A stretch of 64,000 nt of DNA from Eledone cirrhosa (lineage: Eukaryota): assembly GCA_964016885.1 (NCBI GenBank), contig OZ024742.1, forward strand, positions 80,104,001-80,168,000, written 5' to 3'. Made by a program: the position numbers and the translations under genes. The notes under the pieces are model-generated. The model saw nothing but the letters and a program-made list of their open reading frames with translations. It was not told where the DNA came from and made no database searches. This document shows, one piece after another, positions 13,815 to 27,135 of this stretch. Positions within the stretch are counted from its first letter, which is position 1. Each line of letters begins with the position of its first letter.

Positions 13815-14796
13815 TCGATCGTGCCTCTAGCTGGTCGCCTGAGAAACAATTGTAATATGTCCAATAAATTCCTTTCGTATAAGTATATAAGTATATATGA
13901 TTCACTGAGTACAATGTGTGTGTGTGGATATGCGTATACTTATCAAAAATACCTTTGAAATAACTTTTTTGAAGGGCTCTTCGAAGCATTCTTTTAAAGA
14001 CGTTCTTTTTATAGGGTATTCTTTTATAGGGTATTCTTAATGTGAGGTTTTTAAGGTATTCTGAGGGTGTGTTTTTATGAAACCTCTTTTTAAAAGATTT
14101 TTAAATGTTTTTTTTTAAATTTTATTTTTAAAATGTTTTTTCTAAATGGTTTTTCTTTCTAAGTATTCGCTACACATTTAATATTTAATATTTAATATTT
14201 ACTGTGATTGTCGCATATAAGAGAGTTGCGGGTGTGTATCTGATTGGTATGGGTGTATAAGTGCCCATACCTAACACGCCTGCGCAATACATGGACATGG
14301 GTGTGGGGGCCTACAGGCCGGGAGGGTTCGGACAAGACGCGACCGGTTCAATCATACAACGCCTTACACCCTACAGTAGTAATTCGATACAAGAAACAAC
14401 TTTGATTGACAGGTGGCAATTGAAAGGAACCAAATATACGACGGCCGTGAGTGGCCAAAAATACCGATGACATGAACAAATTTTGACCACTCATAGAATG
14501 AAAACAACAGGATCTAAGCTACCGAATGAAGACCGCGGGTGTAACTGGACATTTGGAAACTCTGCTTCGTAGAATCGAGACATATCTGAGGTTCTTGCGA
14601 TTTCAGAGTCAGGTTTGAGCATTGCATCGATCGTGCCTCGAGCTGGTCGCCAGAGAAACGATTGTAATATGTCTAATAAATCTTATTCGTCTCACCACTG
14701 ATTCTCCGTTTCTTATGTGATATTATACTCTGGTCTGTAAGTGGATCGAGTGCTCAAACGGCATACCGCTTAAGGACGCTCTAAGCATCCTACACC

Positions 14797-14797
<1 letters not shown>
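13815..14797. mobile_element. Unclassified interspersed element with a ~55-bp direct repeat
   Basis: TCGATCGTGCCTC.AGCTGGTCGCC.GAGAAAC.ATTGTAATATGTC.AATAAA at ~13815 and ~14627; higher-GC interior; bounded by (TA)n. Confidence 0.4.
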
Positions 14798-14870
<73 letters not shown>

Positions 14871-16299
14871 GGGTGTGTGTATGTGTGTATATGTGTCAGT
14901 AAGTGGGGGGGGGGGGGGGGGGGTGTATGAAAATTCTATGAAAGCCGGTGCCACAAATTTTGTAAATTTAAGAGAAAAAAGACACATTTTGGCTTATATT
15001 TCATATCACATAGAATTTGTTTTTAATTGCGGACAAAATCAAAATGACTTGTTCTCAAAATCTATTCTATTTTGCGTTGTGGACAAAAACTGTAAGTTAG
15101 CGTGCGCAAACATGTCTAGCCTTAGATAGTCATCTCCATTTAATTCAAGTAAGCTGTCAATAATGTATTATTATCCGTCAATAAATATAGCCAATTTAGG
15201 CGTATATTTCCAATGTTCCTCTCAATAACTTCTGAAAATAACATTTTATAGATATTTTTCGACGGAACAATCACTCAGGTTGTCAGGCATTTTCTGAACA
15301 GGGTAGCATGTGAAGACAGCATGTTTTTTAAAGGTAATATTGTCTACAATTTACTATCTCATGCACATTTCAGAATTGTTGATGGAAAAGGTATGACCTG
15401 TGCACGTAACACTCGTAACATTTGTAGATGTTTGTCGGGCTTTGAGGACTAGCCACAACACTCAGGGATCTAAATGCACCAGTTATATAATCAGACATTA
15501 TCTACAGATCATTTGATTGAAATAAATGTTCCCCTTGTTCAACTGTGACATTTTTAAGTAGCATAAATTGGGCTCTGTGTACTCATTCGGAGTATAGTTG
15601 CGTTCTGGACTTTGTTGAGTCGGTATTTTCAACGAGGACCCTTTGAAACTTTTGATACTGGAGTTTTCCTTCTTAGTTTCGCTACATGTGTTTACAACAG
15701 AAGAAAACATGTTCAGTACTTGTTATATTACATCGTGGGAGTTTCCTGGTACTCTGTTTTTATCTAAGCAATTATTCAAACAATTAAAGGAGCAAAAGAG
15801 AAATGCATCGCTTTTTTATCTCTTTAATTATCTATCTATACCTATTTATGCTAATATAAAAACCGAAAGCATCTGAATTTAAACGGAGTCCAATATGACA
15901 TTTGTAAAACAAAGAACGCAAGGAAGTTCGCTATTTGTAAAACAAAGAAGGCAAGAAAGTTCGCTATTCATAGTATAGTTTCATGAATAATTGTGTTTCT
16001 CTTTTCAATTTTGTGATACTATTCTGTACACTTGTCATATGTGAGGAAAACTCTGTTTCGTGTTGCCGATATTTGCTACTTCTAATATATATGAAAACAT
16101 ATTTGCATGTTCTTTCGTTCAGAACCACAGAACCATGAATGTAATGAAAACATTTTCTACTGGGAAACAGCTGATTCCATAAAGTTAAATATGATCATCT
16201 TTAAGGTATAAACATAGGTTGATAGAAGGCGTTGAAAATATTTCTGATTATTTGTTCTTTTCAGTCTGCCCTCGTATATATATATATATACGTAAGAGC

Positions 16300-16516
16300 G
16301 CAGTCGATCGAGATACGTCAAATAGGACCTAGGAAGCTAAGTTTCCATTGGTCTTTCCAATTGCAAATACTATCTATCGGCCGTAACTCCTGGTAGAAGA
16401 GTAGAAAGAGCAACGGGAAATAAAGTGTCTTCCTCAAGGACATAATGCATCGCCCAGTCCGGGAACGCACAACCTCACAATTGCGAACCCAATTCTCTAA
16501 CCACTCAGCAACGCGC

Positions 16517-16520
<4 letters not shown>
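16300..16520 (-). mobile_element. tRNA-derived SINE (CORE-like)
   Basis: Minus strand: A-box-like TGCTGAGTGGTTAG, B-box-like GTTCCCGGACT, then GTCCTTGAGGAAGACACTTTA resembling the CORE domain. Confidence 0.6.
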
Positions 16521-16596
<76 letters not shown>

Positions 16597-18245
16597 ATGT
16601 ATTATTATTACTATATATATGTGTTTGTGTGTGTGCGTGTGGTTGTATGTGTGTGTGTGTGTCTTTGTATGTGTGTGTGTGTCTGCATGTGTGAGTGTGG
16701 AATTATTCCTTGACTCATATCTAATGTGATTCTACGCCGTCCTAGAATGTGTTCCGGAACTCCTTTCTTGAAAAGCTCTTTAATTAACATTCCCATCACA
16801 TCGATAAATATACTGCAAATCGAAATGATTTTACTATATGAAAATCAAGTTACATCTATAGTTAAACATATGTTTTAAAATAGAATAAGATATGCACATT
16901 ATTTTTAAAGGAAAGCCTAATCTTTTTATCGTGTCGATGTACAACATCCTATTACAATATTTTGTATGTTTAAACAAAGAAAGTCCGTAAATGTTGAATT
17001 GCTTCAGAAATTCCATTTTATTCTATGTATTGCTTAATTTCCAAATACTGTAACGAAAATATATTGCCCTCTACATACATTTGCAATATCCTTTACGATT
17101 GATACATGTTGTGTTAAAGGGTTTATCCGGATATGCGCCAAGATTAGGTATATATTAAGAATATCTACATTTTCTTGCTATTTTGTCATTTAAATACGTA
17201 ACCATGAGGACTCGTATATATCAGGCATTTCTGCACAGGGATAAGAGAATTTAACAGGTTTTCGGTATATGAGAAATAAAGGAAAAAATCATGAAATACT
17301 CAGCTTAATTGAAGAGATTTCCACATGAATACTTCCCACCACCCCATAATCCTAATAGAGCAATTAATTTAGTGTATAAGTCAGCATAACGTGACGTATT
17401 AGAAAAATGAACCATTGCCTAGAATTACCTACAACATTATTCATTCAATCTCTTGTCCTGCAAATCTTATGAGCATTTTTCCAGTAACATATATATATAT
17501 AACAGACACCGAAATCGACCGGGGCGTATTTTACATACACAAATGAAGACATTTACAAGTTACATTAAGCAAAGAAGTGAACAGTGTACAATATATATCT
17601 AAAAGACACGGGCTTCTCTAACCAAATGGATTATCAATGAACACATTCAAAAGAACATACACTCATACGGATCCACATACAATGACACACATAAACACAT
17701 AACACAATATACTCATATAGAAAAATGACATAATTTCCCAATTAAAATAGGAATTATATGAGAAAAAAAGAAGTGAAAAATATGTTAAGCAGGTAAGCTT
17801 AAATATGTTAAGCTTATGACACTTTAATGATCCTTTTTTCACTGGAAGGGTTCCTTTCTAGGACAATTTTCTAGCATAGCAACAACTTAATCTATTTGCT
17901 CCAAACTGATTCGTTGATCATGTAAGCAAGATGAAAATCACTGTATCTCGAAATAAACAGAGCATTTATATTTCAGTATGTAAAGATGTCTCATCTCTGT
18001 AGACAGAGTCAGAAATATGCCGAACTTGAATGGAGTTTAGATCTTTGTTGCGATCATCCGGAGACATATTACTCTTTATAAGTGCTTATCCCGGTCTACT
18101 TGCTCATATTAACAAAGCGTAACAAACCCATCAAAGATAAGGACCACAATATGAAATGAAAAGAAAATGATACGATTGAATTGATTTGACGCCTGTTTAT
18201 AAAAAAACATTTCTTATATATGCAAATGAGTGTTTGGGTATCATA

Positions 18246-18288
<43 letters not shown>

Positions 18289-18402
18289 CTAACAGATTAA
18301 AGTTTTAATAAATAAATATTTTCTATACGGTCCTTATATATTTGATATATATTTATCCTTATCGAGCCCTCTTTCGATTTTAGTCTCCAAATGTTATTAT
18401 TA

Positions 18403-18583
18403 TGGCAGTATCGGTAGAGGGTTGGATTATGTTTTCCAGCATAGTGACGTCACTTTACGATCTGAGTTCAATTCCCGCCGAGGTTAACTTTGCCTTTCAT
18501 CCTTAGGGGTCGATAAAATAAAGAACCAGTAATTTACTGGAATAATTGCTGGCCTTGTTCCAAAAAGTAGAAACAATTATTAC
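18403..18583 (+). mobile_element. tRNA-derived SINE
   Basis: TGGCAGTATCGGTAGAG...GAGTTCAATTCC (B box)...GCCTTTCATCCTTAGGGGTCGATAAA...AGTAGAAACAATTATT; homologous copies at 27.9, 38.4 and 61.3 kb. Confidence 0.8.
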
Positions 18584-18936
18584 TATATATATATATATAT
18601 ATGATACCCTAACACTCATTTGCATACATAAGAAATGCTTTTTATAAACATTTTTAATGCCTCATTATGAATTTTAGAAATGGGGAGTCAATTAACAAAC
18701 CAGAATCAGAAACATCCCCGTCAGGGTGCTCTCCCTTGGCTGCTAAATACTAATGGTTAAGTAATCACGCTTCTAAAATTCAAATATCAGAATATTCATT
18801 TGCATAATCATTCTTATGATTTCATATACAAGTTATCAAAGATGGTATGTCTGAGCATCCCTTCCATTCATATATATATATATTATATGGAATACTGTTG
18901 GCTTCTTGCTACAATAATTTCTCTACTTTTCATTTA

Positions 18937-19095
<159 letters not shown>

Positions 19096-19176
19096 CACAT
19101 ATATATATATACATATATATAAATATATAAAACGATATATTAACAAATGGAAACTATATTTATAAAACCATATTTA

Positions 19177-19240
19177 TTTCATTATACATATTTCAAGGAC
19201 ACCAAGTTAGATTATGGTGTGCTTTCATCAGATAAAATAT
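19177..19240 (-). ncRNA. Hammerhead motif (TATG stem-III family)
   Basis: Minus strand: ttttat CTGATGA AAGCACACC ataatctaactt GGTGTCCTT GAAA TATG TA taatgaaa; relatives at 40627 and 42493. Confidence 0.6.
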
Positions 19241-19318
19241 AATATAGACCAGTTTTATAAATAAATATTGATATACCCTTAAAGAATGCGACCATTTATA
19301 TATATAAATATAATATAA

Positions 19319-19442
<124 letters not shown>

Positions 19443-19484
19443 TATATATATATATATATTATATATATATATGTGTGTGTGTAA

Positions 19485-19740
19485 ATGAAGTAATTCCGTC
19501 GGAAAAGTCCAGGAAAAAAGAGTGTTCTATGTAGGTAACAGAGCTTAATAGTTATAAACAACATAAGACAATTATTTCATTTACCAGTGGTTTCTTAAAA
19601 TGAAAATAAATTTGCTTTCAATCATCAGAATAAAAAAAATCCTGGATTTTTTTCATTCTGATGATTGAAAGCAATTTTTCTTTGCTTTTAAGAAACCAAT
19701 GGTGAATGAAATAATTGCCTTATGTTGTTTATTACATAAC
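19485..19740. mobile_element. Foldback mini-element with two opposed hammerhead motifs (19575-19635 minus; 19651-19711 plus)
   Basis: Plus copy: TTTCATT CTGATGA TTGAAAGCAA..TTGCTTTTAA GAAA CCAATGG TG AATGAAA. The mirror copy has CCACTGG TA. (TA)n flanks. Confidence 0.75.
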
Positions 19741-21535
19741 TATATATATATATATATATATATTGGTAAAAGAAAAAGAAAATGCTGACAAATTGTTCCC
19801 AGTGAAAAATAGTTTAATTACGAATAAGCAAAAATTAGTAGTAGTATTCGTTAGTATTCAGTTTTGGTCTTAGGTTTTACCGGTTGCGCATTTCTAATGC
19901 TTTTCAAAAATAATCTTGAGATAGAGCGCCCGTAATTTTTTGGCTGTATGTATGTATGTATATATATATATGTGTGTGTGTGCGTGTGTATATATAAACA
20001 CACACATACACGCACACACGTATATATATATTTATATATAAATGTAATCTGAGATTTTCGAATATATTATTAATATTCGAAAAACCTCAGATTATATTTA
20101 TTTTATTCAGCCATGTGGAGCGATAATGTATATTTAGGAAAAGAGTCAGGACCCCGACGGTTGAGCTCCGGCCGTTTCGACAGCTAGATCTGTATATATT
20201 TATATATATATATATGTGTGTGTATAATGTATATGCATAACTGAACTAAAATCTGTTTGTCCATATGTACAGACTTTCTTAGCTTCTTGATCAAACATAT
20301 ATCATCCACTACACGTGACCAAAAGAACACGTGACCAAAAGAAACGATGAAATGTATTTTCATTTGGCTGTTGTTCATTCAGTATGTATTCAATCAATGT
20401 GCCCTTAACTCTTGACAGATTTTCAGGAGTGTTGTAGTGATAAATGGCATGTCTTGGGCATTTTATCATTGCAGCGCACACAATATTCCCTGCCTAAAAT
20501 CATTTGCTTTTTTCGACAGACGGAGAAAAAGAAAAAAAGGAAAAAGGGAAGATAAAAATATAGGAGTAGGAAAGAGATATAGAATCATTATTGACCCCTG
20601 TACTGAACGGGTATTTTATTTATCGACCTATTTTTACCCTTGTTTATTTAATATGTAAATAACCAACACTAGGACAGTTTTTGACTCGCCTGAAGAGTAC
20701 GCCTTCACCGCCTGATTTTGTTTGCCAGATTTAATATGATTGGTGACCCAACCACTTTACAGAATATAACGTTTTCATTTATCATGTAAACCACAAAAAA
20801 CAAGTAGGTTGTCATGCCTATGACACAGGTGGAGAGCTCGCCCAACCTTTATTTACCAGATTTTCTCTGGTTGGAGGTCCTTCCTATCAGAAACAATTTT
20901 ACAGTATATACTGTGTGCTTTTACATGTAAATCACCATGTCGACACGCTTAGAATTATGCTGCTTCACATATCTTTGTATTTTTATCTCATATTGATATT
21001 CCTATCAATTATCTACTTACACTCTCTTTCGCTCTTTCTCTGTGTTCATATACGACCGAATCTCTCACTCACGGATATATCATATTTGATCTTGTTAAAT
21101 GTTCCTTTTTAATGACGCACACACTTACTCTTTTGTCGGATATTTTAAGTCAACATTTTCTTTTATAAATATTTATTTCTGGTTGGTTTATGTATGCTAT
21201 CGAAAATGTCATATATTTCAACTAAACAATAATCGCAATATCTAAATAGACTCTCTCTTAAAATACATATACTGTCTATTCTGGTCTGTCAATAAAGAAA
21301 CACATTTACGTTATGTAGTCGATAATGATATAATTGTATAAAAATTGGTAATAAAGAATGTCAAAGAATTACTCGAACATTTTCGTCTGATGATTTTCTG
21401 TCTAGATGAACTTATAAATATGATTTAGAATACATATAAAGATATATAAATAACATTGGAAGGAACAGTAATAGATTAATGGTACTGATGCTCATAAGGA
21501 TGAACATAGTCAAGGTGGAGATAATGATTATAATG

Positions 21536-21705
21536 AAGAAGAAGCAGAAGCAGAAGAAGAAGAAGAAGAAGAAGAAGAAGAAGAAGAAGAAGAAGAAGAA
21601 GAAGAAGAAGAAGAAGAAGAAGAAGAAGAAGAAGAAGAAGAAGAAGAAGAAGAAGAAGAAGAAGAAGAAGAAGAAGAAGAAGAAGAAGAAGAAGGAGAAG
21701 AAGAA
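21536..21705. repeat. (GAA)n trinucleotide microsatellite
   Basis: About 50 consecutive GAA units. Confidence 0.98.
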
Positions 21706-22785
21706 AGAGGGGGAGGAGGAGTACCCAGTTAGTTGGAGAACAATAACAATGATGATGAGCTCAAATAGACGTATGAATGCGGGATAGAACAAGAAGCACC
21801 ATACGAATGTATGTAGCATTGTCAAAATAAGGTCTACCGAGGATTCACCGATGTTAGATAGTTCACTGCACCCTTTATTCACCAGGTCTGGGCTGGTTTT
21901 ATGTAGAGGGATGACTTATGAATTCGGGGCATATATTTAGTCAACAACTCAGTTATATTTTCTTAATCGGCTGGACTTCCACGAACAAGATGAAGTGTGC
22001 CTTCTCCAAATAAAACTTATACGGTCCTCCAGCCCTGATACACGGCTATGTGTTCAAGATAAGGCTCCATCTTAAGTGGCACCGAACCCATTATTCAGGG
22101 AAGCACCAGCACTAGCTGCACTGGCTGCAGGCTACCATTTCTGGTGTTGATATGTATAGTTAGGATGTGTAAAGTGGAATTTTAATTATTCTCCATAAAT
22201 CCGTGGTACACATCGCTTTTGCATGCTTCTTGCTACGTTGCACTCAACTACCTGTAAAGAATTGTCAATTCTGTGGATATGCACTGCAGATTTGCAGTTG
22301 CAGTATTGGAGCTTGTGTTGTCAGTGGTTAAGTGGATAAGTAATACAGATCTACTGGATGGTGTGGTGTTTTTCGCAAGTTTCGATGCCATCGCTTTAGA
22401 CAGTTTCATCGTGCTGAAGATTTTGTTCATAGAACTATAACGAAGAGAAGGTCTTAGCAACTTCATCATTTTAATATTATATAGAGAGATCAGGGCTATA
22501 CCAGTTTTACGTAGAAAGTTCATTATTCAGCAGATTATTCGATACTTGATATATATTTATAAGTATGTAGGTATGTATATATATATATAAGCGTCAGTCA
22601 TACAAAAGTGAGTTACAAACGAAACGAAATTTAATTTCGTTTCGTTATTTGTTTTTATTGTCTCCGCTGAAACGGTGCGTACTCACACTCTATGCAAATT
22701 AGTCTGCCCACTACTAATTTTCATAGAAAAGGCATATAACGATATGTGCTTTTACAATTCTCCAGAAAGGCCGGTAGATAGGTAA

Positions 22786-22828
22786 ATATTGCTGATGAGT
22801 TGTAACAACAACGAAACTAGTTCAATGT
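22786..22828 (+). ncRNA. Minimal type-I hammerhead ribozyme
   Basis: ATATTG CTGATGA GTTG taacaa CAAC GAAA CTAG TT CAATGT: intact core, stems I and II pair, palindromic stem III ACTAGT. Confidence 0.85.
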
Positions 22829-23253
22829 TCCTTGTCTGGCTTTCTGTAGAATAGGGGGAAGGTGTTCCCCCGAAAAACCAGTATGACTCTAAAAACCGGT
22901 TTGTCTGTGTGTTTACATACAGAATAGTTGGGCCGCTCACTGTAAAGCGACCAGTGAAAGACTTGGTACACCTACATATGTATACGTGTGTGTATTCATA
23001 TACACACTAGTATTTCAGTATGCATATGTAGATGTACATTTTTAACTTAATTGTTTAAGCGTCAGTCATACAAAAGTGAGTTACAAACGAAACGAAATTT
23101 AATTTCGTTTCGTTATTTGTTTTTATCGTCTCCGCTGAACCGGTGCGTACTCACACTCTATGCAAATTAGTCTGCCCACTACTAATTTTCATAGAAAAAG
23201 CATATAACGATATGTGCTTTTACAATTCTCCAGAAAGGCCGGTAGATAGGTAA

Positions 23254-23296
23254 ATATTGCTGATGAGTTGTAACAACAACGAAACTAGTTCAATGT
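23254..23296 (+). ncRNA. Minimal type-I hammerhead ribozyme (second unit)
   Basis: Identical to 22786-22828, located 468 bp downstream. Confidence 0.85.
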
Positions 23297-23514
23297 TCCT
23301 TGTCTGGCTTTCTGGAGAATAGGGGGAAGGTGTTCCCGCGAAAAACCAGTATGACTCTAAAAACCGGTTTGTCTGTGTGTTTACATACAGAATAGCTGGG
23401 CCGCTCACTGTAAAGCGACCAGTGAAAGACTTGGTACACCTACATATGTATACGTGTGTGTATTCATATACACACTAGTATTTCAGTATGCATATGTAGA
23501 TGTACATTTTTAAC

Positions 23515-23574
<60 letters not shown>

Positions 23575-24371
23575 GGAATATCAGGTTATCGTTATAGCAG
23601 ACAACTTAGATGTATTCCAGTTGGAGTAGTTCTTGTAGTGCATAGTATTAACGTGTGGCTTTGTTTGACTGAACAAGACGTTTCCATAGTGATGCTGGGA
23701 GTTCGCGGTGATTTTTATGTAGTTTATACTTGAAGTAATAATAATTCAAGAAAGAAGATTGACATGGTTCGCTATACAATAAGGGCTTTATTCACATTGC
23801 TGACAATTGTTTCTTTGATCTGGCAGGTCTAGAGTTTGCTATACGCCTGATTTTGCGCCAATCGATTTCCAATACTTTGTCTATAACCAGTCTGTTTCAT
23901 CGGAGCGGGTGAAATGAGGAAAATACATAAGGTATGGTTTTTATATAAGTGTGGTATTAAACCAGAACAATAATATCAATGATAAAATAAAATAACTAAA
24001 TAGCATACAATTAAAATAATAACATCAATGTAAGTAAGAGATAGAGTATAATGGAGAATCTAGCATGTTAAACAGACTGATATGATACAGATGTATGGAT
24101 TTGACATGTGAAAACTGCTATAGGGTACATTAGATATAGTATAGGGTAGCGATTAGATGACAGTAACCACTAAGATGTACACGGCGACAGAAGTTATGGA
24201 TATCCACTGTCCTGTAGGTATTCTAGCAATAAACCGGAGATTTACTTTTTATTTTTTTATTATTTGACAAATAAACATTTTCGTTTGATTAATTTAGTGA
24301 TGATTATAGTTTTTATGTGGTGCTAAATAGAGTTGTAGATTTGTTACATTATTTTATTACATTATTTTATT

Positions 24372-24763
24372 ACATTATTTTATTACTCCTACACCCCTTG
24401 AAATCTCACTTTCCTCTTATTATTCTTATTCTTATTCTTATTATTATTATGAACATCTCAATATAGCCCTAATATTATTCATCATGTTCTATATACCTCC
24501 CATGCACATTCCACTTAAAAGTGGCCTATACTAAAGGTAGGGATTGTTAGTTCGAATCGTGGGGGTTTAGTTTTCACAGCATCAATAACAAATCGTGTAT
24601 AAATAACAGAAGGTAGTAAAGTAGTAAAATGTGCATGGGAGGTATATAGAACATAATGAATAATATTAGGGCTATATTGAGATGTTCATAATAATAATAA
24701 GAATACTAATAATAATAAGAGGAAAGTGAGATTTCAAGGGGTGTAGGAGTAATAAAATAATGT
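24372..24763. repeat. Inverted repeat, ~135-bp arms with ~118-bp spacer
   Basis: 24372-24510 is the near-perfect reverse complement of 24628-24763. Confidence 0.85.
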
Positions 24764-24900
24764 ACTTAGAATTAGGTTCGTCTGTTAGAAATCGTGAGTG
24801 CTAATGAGAGATATAAATCCTTGGACCGAAGTAGTGGGTAACAGCGAAGGTATGATTGATTTATGGGCTGATAAGCGAACCATATCAATTTTTTTTCTTG

Positions 24901-24941
<41 letters not shown>

Positions 24942-25009
24942 TTTTTCCGGGTTGAATCGGAGGTAACCGCAGTAAGTAAGGTACTCTATACATAGCAGAG
25001 TATAAATGT

Positions 25010-25141
25010 TTTAATATAGAAGAGCTTCTACAGGACTAGAACTGTTTAATTCGTGAGAAAATCATCAGGAAGCTGGCTGTCCAGCTTCCTGATGATTTCT
25101 CACGAATGAAACAGTTCTAGTCCTGTAGAAGCTTTACTATA

Positions 25142-25147
<6 letters not shown>
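25010..25147. mobile_element. Palindromic mini-element made of two opposed hammerhead motifs
   Basis: Arms are symmetric about ~25078 and lie between (TA)n tracts; the minus copy (25023-25074) has GAAA>TAAA. Confidence 0.75.
25083..25133 (+). ncRNA. Type-I hammerhead ribozyme
   Basis: AGCTTC CTGATGA TTTC tcac GAAT GAAA CAG ttctagtc CTG TA GAAGCT: perfect 6-bp stem I, 4-bp stem III, GUA cleavage triplet. Confidence 0.8.
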
Positions 25148-25227
<80 letters not shown>

Positions 25228-25294
25228 TATATATATATATTTATATATATGTGTGTGCGTGCGTATATATGTGTATGGGTGTATATATGTCTGT

Positions 25295-25387
<93 letters not shown>

Positions 25388-26894
25388 GAGGGAGAAAGAG
25401 AGAGAGTTACTTTTAGTTAGTAACAATGTGTCATATTTCTTTTGTCTATTTAGACAGATACGATGATAGAGCGAGGCAACGAGCCAATACGGGAAAGGCA
25501 AACATCTACTCAGTGAATAAATAAATTATAAAATGAATTTTCATTGTATCACTAGATGTAATCGTATACAATTTGTCACCGTTTATCGATTTGTTTGTTA
25601 ACTCTAATGTAAAATATATCTATCTGATCATGCTTAGCTATTTTGTGAAAAGATGTTAACGTTAAATTTCAGGTTTATGTGACAACGTTATAATACACCA
25701 GACATTCCTGTCTGGTGTATCTTGTGAGTCTCTTTGTATTTGATTACATTTGCCAAAGTTTCATTTATGCACGTTTAGACATCGTAAGGTATATTTGAGG
25801 CAATTAGAATAATAGGCTTCTGAATATCGTGAATCTTAAGCTGTTACAGGTTGCATCTACTCCGCATTTTGTTTTGCAACAATTTGTTTCTCAACGAACA
25901 CGTTTGCAGTTAACATTTCTATACATCGCTTTATTCTTCATGATGCTTATTTGAGAAAATAAATAAGTAATAGTAAAAGAATTACATACCGTTAAATAAC
26001 CTAAGTATGGAGTGTTGTTCATTCTTATGATAATATAGGTTAGAAATTTGGTTTGGGGATGTATATTGATGGGGCTATAATGTGTAACTGAAATAACATC
26101 CTCAACCAAGAAATTTTGTGAGTTTGAATTCCTGTTTGTGTTCCTAAATGGATGCTAGGTATCAATACTTCCTTAATATTTAGAATCTGGAAAAGTGCCA
26201 TATATATTTTCACAAAATATTTGTGAACTTAGAAAGTATTTAAAAAGCACATTCATTCTTTCTTTTTAATGATAACTATCGGGAGGAAAAAATAATACTT
26301 ACGATCGCTGTATTTCTATAATTCCTCTTTCTATCACTTTAAAGATTATTTTAAGCAACAGAAATTTTTAAAGGATTCTTTGAGATTTGTAATTATATAT
26401 ACGTGTATACATTCCTTTTAAATGACACGATTATTTGATAAGTAATAACAAGAATATGGATAACATTATCTAAGTATTTTCTTTAATTAATCTGTTTGAA
26501 TGTTTGCACTAAATTTCAGTATATATACAACATGTATCTTGTTATCAACTTAATCGTTTATGGTGGTTGATTAAATTTACTCTACAGTCGTGTAATGCTT
26601 ATATTTTGTAAGTAGGTTACATCTTTATACAAATGTAAGTTTTTTTAACATATCCTTGGAAAGGATATTCGCCAATTTAACGTCTATTCAGCCACACATT
26701 GTAACGACACCTATACTTATATAACAAGAAAAGCAATTGAAGTCTTGATAATTGAGAGTTCAGTTCTCTGTATCTATTGAATTCTTTTTCACGTGCTTCT
26801 GTTAAAATCCCCTCAATCTTAGGCTTTCGAGCACAGAACAACCACCAGCCAGAGGTTTCTGGTCCGGCTAGGGAAACCTCCATCAGAAACATCA

Positions 26895-27135
26895 CTGGCA
26901 TCGTCCACATAAAGGTTTTGACACAGGGTCAGGCGATCGTCAACTAGAATGTCTACAAACAGATCCTGCAGGGTTTGTTTCATTCAGTGCGTGAGAAGAG
27001 GAGGTAATTGTGGCAGGACAACTCGTAGCTGCTTCGCTATGACAACGTGCCAGCTCACTACGCCCTGATCATCCAGCAGTTCCTGGCCGAGAATATCGCC
27101 ATGCTGGCTCTGTGTGATATTTTCCTTTTCCCCAA
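26895..27135 (+). pseudogene. Tc1/mariner transposase catalytic-domain fragment
   Basis: Reads GIVH...VYKQILQGLFHSVREKRR*LWQDNS*LLRYDNVPAHYALIIQQFLAE...LALCDIFLFP, matching mariner HDNAPAH and DLAPCDFFLFP. Confidence 0.8.

Larger units (their letters stand above)
22589..23520 (+). repeat. Tandem dimer of a 468-bp unit, one hammerhead per unit (retrozyme/pseudo-LTR-like)
   Basis: AAGCGTCAGTCATACAAAAG starts at 22589 and 23057; units are near-identical; (TA)n on both sides. Confidence 0.92.

Noticed and set aside
15498-15710. Possible host coding exon; likewise ORFs at 22248-22523, 29133-29450 and 31524-32030
   Set aside because: No recognisable domain and no convincing splice context.
21387-21415. 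CTGATGA followed by GAAC
   Set aside because: No GAAA and no convincing stems I or III.
24862-24890. ATGGG CTGATAA GC GAA CCAT as a hammerhead
   Set aside because: The core is mismatched and stems II and III are absent.
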